This document shows, in pieces, positions 21,357 to 29,997 of a stretch of 64,000 nt of DNA. The stretch spans positions 5,024,001-5,088,000 of the forward strand of contig OZ223209.1 in assembly GCA_965140415.1 (NCBI GenBank), given 5' to 3'. The translations under genes and the position numbers were made by a program. The notes under the pieces are model-generated. The model searched no databases. It was not told the origin of the DNA and worked only from the letters and a program-made list of their open reading frames with translations. The DNA comes from Myxococcota bacterium. Its GTDB lineage: Bacteria > Myxococcota_A > SURF-8. Position 1 is the stretch's first letter. Each line of letters begins with the position of its first letter.

Positions 21357-21959
21357 TTAAGCCTTCGCCACCTTGGGACGTCCCAAAGCGTTCATGATAC
21401 CCAGCATCAGACCCAGGCAGATAAAGGCGCCCGGTGCCTGCTGCATGAAAGTAAATGGTTCGAAGCTGGAACCGAACAGGCTAATTCCCATGAAGGTTCC
21501 CGCTCCCAGTACCTCTCGCAAGGAAGCCAAGGCGATCAAGGACATGGTAAATCCGGTACCGATGCCCAGACCATCGGCAGCAGAGAGCAACACGCCGTTT
21601 TTACTGGCAAAAGCTTCCGCTCGTCCCAAGACAATGCAGTTCACGACAATCAGTGGAATAAAGATTCCAAGACTCTCGGAAAGACTGAAGAAATAGGCTT
21701 TCATCAGGATTTCCACCGCCACCACGAACGTCGCAATGATGACGATATAGGCCGCAATGCGCACCTCTTTGGGAATGATCTTGCGCACGGCGGAAATAAT
21801 CATGTTGGAACAGGCCAGCACGAAAATGACCGCCACACCCATACCGATGGCGTTTTCCACCTTGGTGGTGACAGCCAATGTCGGACAGAGACCGAGCACC
21901 AACCGGAAGGGCGGAAGTTCTTTCCATAAGCCTTTTGTGAATTCTTTGCCGAAACCCAC
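21357..21959 (-). CDS. rnfE: Electron transport complex subunit RnfE
   Basis: LGLCPTLAVT, GIFIPLIVVNCIVLGRAEAFA and APGAF. Confidence 0.95.
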   Translation of the reverse strand: MGFGKEFTKGLWKELPPFRLVLGLCPTLAVTTKVENAIGMGVAVIFVLACSNMIISAVRKIIPKEVRIAAYIVIIATFVVAVEILMKAYFFSLSESLGIFIPLIVVNCIVLGRAEAFASKNGVLLSAADGLGIGTGFTMSLIALASLREVLGAGTFMGISLFGSSFEPFTFMQQAPGAFICLGLMLGIMNALGRPKVAKA

Positions 21960-21992
21960 AGTATGTCTCCTTCTTCGAAGGTTATCAGCCGC

Positions 21993-22574
21993 TTATTGGG
22001 CTGCCTTGAGAATCTCGTCTTTATGTTCTTCAAACAGCTTAATGCCGTCAGCCAGTGCCTGACAGACCGCACGCGAAGTGACCGTTGCACCGGTCACGGC
22101 GTCCACGCCGCCACCATCGGCTTTGACCTTGAAAACGGTTTGCGTGCTCATGCCTTTGAATTGCTTGGTGAAAGTCGCTTCCTTGGCGCGGGTACCGACA
22201 CCGGGCGTTTCACTCATGGTGGTAATGCCGATGCCGGTCAACTTGCCGGTATTCAACTCGAAACCGATCATCACGCCGACCGTGCCGCCAAAGCCTTTTC
22301 CGAACGATTCCAGCGCCACCGCATACGGTTTGCCGTCTTTCTTGGCCGGGAAAAGCAATACGGGATTTTTCTGCCCGACATCCAGTTTCTTGCGGTCGTT
22401 GAGCAGGTCGTTGGAAGCATCTTGCAAAACGGCCTTGACCGCCGGCATCTGCTTGTTTTCCAGCACCTGGATTTCAATGCGCTCCTTGGTGCCGTTGTTC
22501 AGTGCAGCCAGCGAAAAACCGCTGATCAACGAAATGATCGAAAGCGATAAAATGATGTGCAACCACTTAGGCAT
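21993..22574 (-). CDS. rnfG: Electron transport complex subunit RnfG
   Basis: N-terminal TM helix, GFGG, ETPGVG and covalent-FMN motif DAVTGATVTS. Start placed at MPKWL. Confidence 0.93.
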   Translation of the reverse strand: MPKWLHIILSLSIISLISGFSLAALNNGTKERIEIQVLENKQMPAVKAVLQDASNDLLNDRKKLDVGQKNPVLLFPAKKDGKPYAVALESFGKGFGGTVGVMIGFELNTGKLTGIGITTMSETPGVGTRAKEATFTKQFKGMSTQTVFKVKADGGGVDAVTGATVTSRAVCQALADGIKLFEEHKDEILKAAQ

Positions 22575-23415
22575 GGATCTTCTCCATCGGAATCGATTTG
22601 GGGCGAATGCGGTCGAACATGGGAGCCGCCATGTTTCCAAGCAGTACCGCAAAAGGAACCACTTCCATCCAGATGCCATAGACCCGGATCAACACGACCA
22701 GAACTCCGGCCATCAAACCGAACAGAATCTTGGACAGCAGATTGGCAGGACTTGTGGTTTCGTCGGTCACCAGGAAGAATGCGCCCAGCATGACGTTGCC
22801 GGTGAGTAGCTGCTCCACGGCAGTCAGTGTCGTTTCGGGATACACCGCATGGAAAATCAACCCACCAATAAAGACTCCTGCCAGAAACGCGATCGGCACG
22901 ATGCGGTTGACCAGTCCCAATAGCACAAGCAACAATCCCCCGGCAGCCATCGCGTAGGGACAGGCGGTTCCCAATGTGACACCACCCACCGGTTGCAAAT
23001 GCAGTGGCCAGGAGAGCAGCACCATCAGGTAGCCGATCATCGCCGGGTGGAAGGGATAGCAACCCAAGCCGCCGAAAATCTGTTTGGCCACCACCGAAGC
23101 CAGCGCCGCGCCGATGATAATAATCCAGAAAGGCACCGACGGCGGCATCAGCAGGCCGAAAACCAGACCCATCACCACTGCATGGCCATCCAGCGCATAG
23201 ATAGGCTGGCGCATGAAGTGCTGTGCCAATGCCTCGGCGGCCACACTGGAAAATACGGCCAGCGCCAGGATGAGAACGGCGTTTAAGCCATGCAATACCA
23301 CTGCCGCCGCAACTGCGGGCAACAGCGCCAGCGCCATGGCATAGTGGGAAGCGACGGTACTTGCGCCGATCTTTCGATGTGGCGGCGGTCCGACGGTTAA
23401 AATAGGATCAGACAT
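22567..23415 (-). CDS. rnfD: RnfD-like membrane subunit (short; no recognisable FMN-attachment loop)
   Basis: AKQIFGGLGCYPFHPA, GAFFLVTDETTSP, LIRVYG and FAVLLGN; 282 aa. Confidence 0.88.
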   Translation of the reverse strand: MSDPILTVGPPPHRKIGASTVASHYAMALALLPAVAAAVVLHGLNAVLILALAVFSSVAAEALAQHFMRQPIYALDGHAVVMGLVFGLLMPPSVPFWIIIIGAALASVVAKQIFGGLGCYPFHPAMIGYLMVLLSWPLHLQPVGGVTLGTACPYAMAAGGLLLVLLGLVNRIVPIAFLAGVFIGGLIFHAVYPETTLTAVEQLLTGNVMLGAFFLVTDETTSPANLLSKILFGLMAGVLVVLIRVYGIWMEVVPFAVLLGNMAAPMFDRIRPKSIPMEKIHA

Positions 23416-23486
23416 AGTGATTCGCTCCTCGATTTCGATTCACTGCCCATGCACGATGACTCGAACATGGACGTTGTAAGCGAAGG

Positions 23487-24722
23487 TCAATCGTTTAGTT
23501 TTCGCGCGTTTTTGGCCAGCCGGAACCATTGCACCAAAGGACGTGCGCTGGGACAGACGTAGGCGCACAAGCCGCAGTCGATGCAATACTGCAAATCCGG
23601 GGCATCGTCGTATTGGCCATATTCACAAATACGACCCATATTCTGCACCTGTAACTTGGCCGGGCAGACCTCGATACAAGCACCGCAATTGACGCAAGGA
23701 CGTGAAATTACTTCATCTTGAGAAGTAGCAGCCAGCACCGTCACGCCTTCGATTCCCGGCAGCACCGGAGTATCGAGTGAAAACGTCGGCGTTCCGGCCA
23801 TCGGACCACCCAGCAGAACGCGATCGTGAGTGTCGATCTGAGCGCCGCAGGCGTCCAATGCCGCACGTAACGACGCTCCATAAGGAATACGCACGTTCTG
23901 CGACTTGCCATCCCGTGTAACTACCGTTAAATGCTGGAAAGCCGGTGGCGCTCCGGTGGTTGCCAGGATAAAGAGCGCGCGCGCCAATCCGAACGGAATC
24001 ACGCGCAACCCCTTGGAATCGGCTCCCTGTCGCACCAAGTTGCTCTTTAAAACCCTATCGTGCGCTTCGGGGTAACGTAAACCGACCGGCAGCACTTCGA
24101 CATCGGCATTACCCAATGCCTCCTGCACCGCAGATACGGCAGGCTTCGGCACAGCCAGCAGCATGCGCTGCGCGCCGGAAAGATCCCGGCAAAGCTGCAT
24201 GATGGCGGCCAACCCTTCCAGGCTGTCCTGCAACAGTTGGGCGCGCGAGATCAAGCCCAGATCCTGATCGCAGGCATTGACAACCAGAATCTGCACGTCG
24301 CCTTTCAGCGGCAGCAGTTCTTCACGCACCAGACCGGGCAGATAAGCCTGTAAGGCACTTTCCGTTACCCGCTGACGGATCGTCGCCGAATCGGGCAGCA
24401 CCAGCTTTCCCAGTTTCAGTGGCGCGGGAAGCTCTCCCGGCGTCACCTTAAAAGCCTGAGCCGCTCTCAAGCGGGGTGGAAAGGGCGCTTCACCAACGGC
24501 GCTCACCGTACCGTCTAATGGAGCGATCAGCTTGACATCCTCGTCCTGAGCCAAGACCGCTCCCGCCTCAATGGCATCGCCTTCGGCCACGACCGCAGGG
24601 AACAGGCGTCCACGATCATCAACCAGCGGCCACAGCAACTCCTTGGCCGACACGGTTTTAAAAGGCGATTGGTGATTTGCGTAAGAAAGTCTAGGCTTGC
24701 TAAATCCTCGAAACCATTGCAT
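23487..24722 (-). CDS. rnfC: Divergent RnfC-like subunit
   Basis: First gene of the operon; APLDGTV, LGGPMAG, CVNCGACIEVCP and CIDCGLCAYVCPS; NADH/FMN motifs are degenerate. Confidence 0.8.
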   Translation of the reverse strand: MQWFRGFSKPRLSYANHQSPFKTVSAKELLWPLVDDRGRLFPAVVAEGDAIEAGAVLAQDEDVKLIAPLDGTVSAVGEAPFPPRLRAAQAFKVTPGELPAPLKLGKLVLPDSATIRQRVTESALQAYLPGLVREELLPLKGDVQILVVNACDQDLGLISRAQLLQDSLEGLAAIMQLCRDLSGAQRMLLAVPKPAVSAVQEALGNADVEVLPVGLRYPEAHDRVLKSNLVRQGADSKGLRVIPFGLARALFILATTGAPPAFQHLTVVTRDGKSQNVRIPYGASLRAALDACGAQIDTHDRVLLGGPMAGTPTFSLDTPVLPGIEGVTVLAATSQDEVISRPCVNCGACIEVCPAKLQVQNMGRICEYGQYDDAPDLQYCIDCGLCAYVCPSARPLVQWFRLAKNARKLND

Positions 24723-25383
24723 GGATTATCGTCCTAGCGTCTGAAGTTGAAAGGCTCTCGACTGCACTAGCCGCCCCTGCCGGGTGCGGCGCTACAACGA
24801 ATGATCAGTCATCGATCTAGTTTGCTAAACGGTTTGGATCTTTTCGATATTCGACACTCTTTACGGCCTGAATCGCAAGGTGAACCCTTTCGATTCCGCC
24901 CATTTATGAATACGACAGTCTCTGGAAGGCGTCAATAAAAACCTCGACGGCACCCGATGCGGTTTTTGCCTTTCCATTTGGTAAAAAAGCTTTTTCGGTT
25001 AAAAGTGCCGATCGCGGATTTCCACAGCAGCAGGCTTTCTTTCGGATATTGCAAGTGTCCGAACCTGTTGAAATCATACAGTCTGGGCGATTTCCCGGCT
25101 ACCATTCGATTTTCATTCTCCAGCCTTTGGAGATGAAAGTCTTTAATATTTCAGGCATAATCAATCTTACATATTCCACACACGAATAGATCATATAAGT
25201 AAATACAATAACTCACTAAAGGCTTTTTCTTGAGCTTGCCCGGCAACCGTGCAATCATAACTCGCAATGTGTCGGTGTGTTTTTCTGGAGAGGAAAACAC
25301 GTCGCATTCGTAATCTGCCGGGAAATCCCGGAATCAAAACGGTAGTCTCCCCACAACTTGTCAATTGGAACGGAGTGCATGCG

Positions 25384-27129
25384 TTGAAACCGATCAAAGC
25401 CGTTCATCTCGTTTGGATTCTTGGAGTTTGGGCCGTTACGATCGCCTTGGGCGGATGGGTGCTGGGCGAACAGGACAGCGGTGACCAACTTGCCAACCGT
25501 TTCGGTCCAGTCCCCTGGAACCATGAACTTCACGCACGCCAGGCGGTGCGGAATTGTCAGATCTGCCACCACAAGTCCAAAGCAGGCACCAGTGATCCGC
25601 AAGCCTGCTCCGAATGCCATACAAAACCCGACGTTTCCGATTCCATCTTCGCCGTGGCTCCATTAAGAGGAGAAGTCAAGGTTGTACCAGGTGAAAAGAA
25701 ACCCAAGCCGCGCCGGGTCGCTTTTCACAAAAGTTGCCAGGGCTGCCACAAAGCCGTCGGCAAAGGACCGACTTCCTGTCGTGACTGCCACCAGTCCATT
25801 ATGGTTTCCGAAGGCGGCGGTACTAAAATGGAACACATAACCTATGCCGTCGATCACGATCTGGCCTGCACACGCTGTCACGAAGAAAACCGCCCCACGC
25901 TGATTCCCGGCGATGCCTGGGAAGATTGTGCATCCTGCCACGACGGCGCAGGTCATCTGCATCAGGTGTGGCCTGACGATGCAAAATACGATCACAGCGC
26001 CTTGTTTAAAGGAAAAGCCAGCGAGGTAGTCTGGGATCACCGCGCCCATAAATCCTATGAACTCGACGCGGATGGTGAACAGGTGAACTGCCTGAGCTGT
26101 CACCATCAAGAGCAGGATACAGACCCGCAAGAATACCGCAAATGCGGCGACTGCCACAAGGAACGCGACGGAGCCATGCAATTCGACGGCAAAGCGGCGC
26201 CTTCGCGTGCAGATGCTCTACATAAGGTCTGCTTGCGCTGCCACAACGCGCAGAAAGAACAGCCGGAAGAAATACCCGGCAACTGCCATGATTGTCACCG
26301 CACCAGCGCCAGCAATCGTCCCACAGATTTCGGAATCGCCACCTGGTCGCATAACGGTCATGCACAAGGGCTTGGAGACGATTGCACCGTCTGCCACCAT
26401 ACCGATGAGCCAGACAGCGAGACGATGACCGCTTGCCGTTCTTGCCATTTCGAAGCGGAGGCCTCGGATTTCGCTGCGCTGAAGCACAGCACCAATACCA
26501 CTTGTATCACCTGCCACGAGCAGGAATCGGTGGAAGGAATCCCTGCTGCTCAATGGAAAAACATCCAGATTTGCGATGCCTGTCATCAGCCTGTCGGAGC
26601 CGACCGGGAACAAAGCAGAGCCACTTTTGTAAAGAAACATTCCCCGCTGCAACTGAAGAACGTGATTCACGAGCAGTGCTGGGCCTGCCACAAACAGGAA
26701 GGCAAAGGACCGCAGGCCGGAGAATGCCGAGTCTGCCACGCACTGCCGCGCAGCCGTCAGATGGTGCTGCAATACGGCGACGATTCCCAGCCGCTTAAAG
26801 AGAAGCTGAATCATCTGGCACCCGACACCTACAACACGCATCGCTTGCACGTCGATGCAGGCGGCTTCCCCTGTGCGGATTGCCACCACAACATGAAACC
26901 GAGCGAGGAAGTCACGCAAAAACTGGCGAAGCTGGTCATTCCGGAAGGTAAAAACTGCAACAGCTTGCAGGCCAAAGCGGATGACTGTCTGCCGGGCAAG
27001 ACAGCCCCGCAGCACTGCGCCAACTGCCACGACAATCCCGAGCTTTCCCTGCCACAGGCGGTGACGGTGCGCAAAACGTTGTGCAACGACTGCCACACGG
27101 AGTTCGGTCTGGAAGCCCCCGTGAAATAA
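25384..27129 (+). CDS. Periplasmic multiheme cytochrome c (class III / c3-like repeats) with 19 CxxCH motifs
   Basis: 19 CxxCH counted; c3-type W(N/D/S)HxxH...CxxCHH modules; N-terminal hydrophobic segment. TTG start after GGAG (the ORF is open from 25267). Confidence 0.92.
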   Translation: MKPIKAVHLVWILGVWAVTIALGGWVLGEQDSGDQLANRFGPVPWNHELHARQAVRNCQICHHKSKAGTSDPQACSECHTKPDVSDSIFAVAPLRGEVKVVPGEKKPKPRRVAFHKSCQGCHKAVGKGPTSCRDCHQSIMVSEGGGTKMEHITYAVDHDLACTRCHEENRPTLIPGDAWEDCASCHDGAGHLHQVWPDDAKYDHSALFKGKASEVVWDHRAHKSYELDADGEQVNCLSCHHQEQDTDPQEYRKCGDCHKERDGAMQFDGKAAPSRADALHKVCLRCHNAQKEQPEEIPGNCHDCHRTSASNRPTDFGIATWSHNGHAQGLGDDCTVCHHTDEPDSETMTACRSCHFEAEASDFAALKHSTNTTCITCHEQESVEGIPAAQWKNIQICDACHQPVGADREQSRATFVKKHSPLQLKNVIHEQCWACHKQEGKGPQAGECRVCHALPRSRQMVLQYGDDSQPLKEKLNHLAPDTYNTHRLHVDAGGFPCADCHHNMKPSEEVTQKLAKLVIPEGKNCNSLQAKADDCLPGKTAPQHCANCHDNPELSLPQAVTVRKTLCNDCHTEFGLEAPVK

Positions 27130-27151
27130 AACACAGAAATTACATCACGTT

Positions 27152-27186
27152 AAAAGGGTGGACGCAGTCTGGCGTTCACCCTTTTC
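27152..27186. terminator. Probable bidirectional terminator
   Basis: AAAAGGGTGGACGC...GCGTTCACCCTTTT. Confidence 0.8.
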
Positions 27187-27236
27187 TTATTCGCGAACAG
27201 ATTTGTATGAGATCTTGAAAGCAGCGGCAGTATTAT

Positions 27237-27295
27237 GTTGGATAAAATTTTGTCCGACATTAATAGGATTGTCGGTCAGAAAACCGGACCGACCT
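27237..27295. repeat. Degenerate third copy of the REP doublet
   Basis: GTTGGATAAAATTTTGTCCGAC...GTCGGTCAGAAAACCGGACCGACCT resembles the two hairpins at 18358-18459. Confidence 0.6.
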
Positions 27296-27380
27296 CAATC
27301 TTTAATCGCGTAAGACAATAGGGACTATTCTTCGAACCAATGGATCAAGTCTAAACGATCTGTCTGGGATCCTCAGATGC

Positions 27381-28976
27381 TTATTGCCACATCAGCGCCA
27401 TGGTGCCCATGACTTTGTATACGCCATCGGGTTTGTCGCCGTTGGGATCGGCCAGCGCCATACCAGGAATGAAATAGGCTTGCTCGATGCCAAAACGCAG
27501 ACCCACATGTTCCTTCTGCGGCCAGATGTCCAAGCGTACCGCGCCTAAGACTTCCGTTCCGATATAGCGGCTGTCGGTGGGACGACGCAAGTGGTTGACC
27601 GGCGTCCCTCCTTTTTCGAAGGAGTAATAGGCGTGAGAGAAATAAGACGGCGTGGTGATGACCAGCGCACCCGCCAGGAAAGTCAGATGTTCTTTCAAGC
27701 CCAGGTTGAGATGGGGGCTGTAGCGCAATTGCGGCAGATAATAAATGGTGTTGGTAACACGTCCCTGCGTCGCGACCAGATCGATGCCCTTGGGCGCTTT
27801 GGCGGTGCGGTTGGGATTGTCCAGCACTTCAACGCTGCGCGCGGTAATCAGCGGCAGCATTTCATCGAAGAAGATCATACCCACATTGAAATCGGGGTCG
27901 AAGAAAAAGGCGTGGCTGGTATCGTCGTAGGGATCGTTGTCGCCGGAAGCGTAACCGACTTCGAATTCGATGTTGAAACCGACCTCGACGAACTCCAGTT
28001 TGGCCTGTGCGACGGCTCCGTAGGAGAAGAGATCCAGACCGTCCGGAGTGGATTCCTGCACCCAGCGGGTGGTGTTTCCTATAATCAAGGCAGCTTCGTA
28101 GTTCAATTCAAAGGCCATCTCCAACTCGTTGGGCGCGAAGGTGAAGCGGTTCTGCCCGTTGATATTGAAAACGTAGGTTTTCAGCTTGTCGCCGTCGTCG
28201 TCTTCCTGCCAGCGGTACGTAAAGGAAAAACCGTTACTGAATTCAGGCATGCGATAGTATAGGCCCACCGTGGCCATCGCAGCGATGTCGCCGTCGCGCA
28301 GTTTGGCGTTTTCATCCTGGTATACCAGATCTCCGGCCAGCACCAGGGTCAGGTATTCACCCCAGGCACCTTCGCCGGTTAGCGGTAAAAACGGAGTGGT
28401 GGCAAAGAGCACGCGGTCCACGATGTCACCGCGACTGGTAGTGCCGAAGCGCTCGTGGTTGTCTTCGCCGCTATTACCCAGTACTCCCAAGCCATAACCG
28501 CTGGTCATCTGACCAACTTTCAGCAGGCCGATGGGAGAATACCATTGGATGTAGGCGTTGCGCGGCAGGATTTCTTCGATATGTGTGCCTTCGTTTTCTT
28601 CGCGACGGTCGTAGCGCCAGTAGCCTTCCGCGAAATTCTCGTGATCGCCATACAACTGGCCGTGCAGAATATCCAGATCGACCTTGAAATACAGATCTTT
28701 CCAGTTCAACGACGGCGACCAGCGGATGCGATGCTCACCCCAACTGTGGATGGGATTCTGGGTCTGCGGCGTTTCTGCGTCCAGCGCGAAGTCGCTGAGA
28801 TAGAAGAACTCGCGGCGATACTCACCGGCGACCGGATTCCAATGTACTTCGCCGTCGGTGGAACGCGGTTTCACTTCGGCGGTATAGCCCGCTTGCGCAG
28901 CTTGCAGCGGAAGCAGCCAGAGAATGGCAAGACACATCAGCAGGGTACGATTCACATGTTTCATGGTACATCCCAT
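27381..28976 (-). CDS. Outer-membrane beta-barrel protein (alginate-export/porin-like)
   Basis: Signal peptide; GLLKVGQMTSGYGLGVLGNSG; GYASGD; FFFDPDFNVGMIFF; aromatic residue near the C-terminus. Confidence 0.7.
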   Translation of the reverse strand: MGCTMKHVNRTLLMCLAILWLLPLQAAQAGYTAEVKPRSTDGEVHWNPVAGEYRREFFYLSDFALDAETPQTQNPIHSWGEHRIRWSPSLNWKDLYFKVDLDILHGQLYGDHENFAEGYWRYDRREENEGTHIEEILPRNAYIQWYSPIGLLKVGQMTSGYGLGVLGNSGEDNHERFGTTSRGDIVDRVLFATTPFLPLTGEGAWGEYLTLVLAGDLVYQDENAKLRDGDIAAMATVGLYYRMPEFSNGFSFTYRWQEDDDGDKLKTYVFNINGQNRFTFAPNELEMAFELNYEAALIIGNTTRWVQESTPDGLDLFSYGAVAQAKLEFVEVGFNIEFEVGYASGDNDPYDDTSHAFFFDPDFNVGMIFFDEMLPLITARSVEVLDNPNRTAKAPKGIDLVATQGRVTNTIYYLPQLRYSPHLNLGLKEHLTFLAGALVITTPSYFSHAYYSFEKGGTPVNHLRRPTDSRYIGTEVLGAVRLDIWPQKEHVGLRFGIEQAYFIPGMALADPNGDKPDGVYKVMGTMALMWQ

Positions 28977-29212
28977 CGTGAATGGATTGTTTCGGTCTAT
29001 CCTTAGACCACACAGCCATCTATAAGACAGATGATCTTATCTCTCACCACGAACCCCCATCGACGAGCCTCATGCTCGTTTTTCGGGAATGTTTGCCGGT
29101 GAGGCGCACGTTACAAAGAAATAGTAAGGCGTTTATAACATACGTTCGGGAAAGCTGTAAACTTTTTGTTGCTGCATGTAGTCAGAAAAGGGATTCTTTC
29201 CGGCACCCGGAA

Positions 29213-29983
29213 TCAATCGAAGGAGGATGGTGCACTGTTGACATGATAGCCGGTAAAGGCAATCGTCAAGCCGTACAATCGCCAATTGTCGCGGTCGGTG
29301 GTGTGCCAGATCTGACTGAAGGTCAATCCAATTGCAAGACCGCCACGCTTGTTCAAGCCGAATTCATAACCGATGCCGCCGTCTAGTGACCAGCGATTGA
29401 CATAGGAAGAATCCCAACCCGCTCCGGCACGCAAATACAGTCCTTTGACGGGAAAAAACGTGCTCATCAAATGCAGAATCTGCGAGCCTCCGGCGTTGCC
29501 CTGCTCCAGACTGTCGATCAGCACATCCAGCGAGTAATCCACACCCAATAAAGCCCAGGGGCGGATGCACCAGCCGATACGAAAGTTGGCGCGAAACAGA
29601 ATAGAAGGTTTGTCGCCGCCGGATTCCTGTAGAATAACGCCGGGGTCCAACCCTGCGTACAATTCCTTTCGGGCGGGAAAGTCGGTGTTCTTGCGTTCGG
29701 TGGGCTGCAAAACGCCATCGTCGGAATACGCATTGTAGCCCGATTGCTCGTCGTCTGAAGAATCGGTAGAAGGCGAAAGCTCTTCTTGCTGTTCTACAAT
29801 TTCACCTGGATCATTCGCCTTTTCAGGGGCAATCTGTTGCCCCTGCGAGCGCACGATGGATTCCGGGGTTACCTCTTGCGCCAATGCCGACAAAGAAAAC
29901 ATGGAGATTGTCAGCATTAGCAGACAGACACAAAGAACGCTTTTTGCCGGATGCAAAAAACTGAATGAAGAAATGTGATACAT
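29213..29983 (-). CDS. Small outer-membrane beta-barrel protein with an acidic N-terminal linker
   Basis: Signal peptide (ALA/Q) and amphipathic strands (GLYLRAGAGW, GGIGYEF). Confidence 0.6.
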   Translation of the reverse strand: MYHISSFSFLHPAKSVLCVCLLMLTISMFSLSALAQEVTPESIVRSQGQQIAPEKANDPGEIVEQQEELSPSTDSSDDEQSGYNAYSDDGVLQPTERKNTDFPARKELYAGLDPGVILQESGGDKPSILFRANFRIGWCIRPWALLGVDYSLDVLIDSLEQGNAGGSQILHLMSTFFPVKGLYLRAGAGWDSSYVNRWSLDGGIGYEFGLNKRGGLAIGLTFSQIWHTTDRDNWRLYGLTIAFTGYHVNSAPSSFD

Positions 29984-29997
29984 CAGACTCCGCTATT

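Noticed and set aside
25384-28976. Porin-cytochrome extracellular electron transfer conduit
   Set aside because: The genes are convergent and separated by a terminator, the cytochrome is c3-type rather than MtrA-type, and the barrel is not recognisably MtrB-like.
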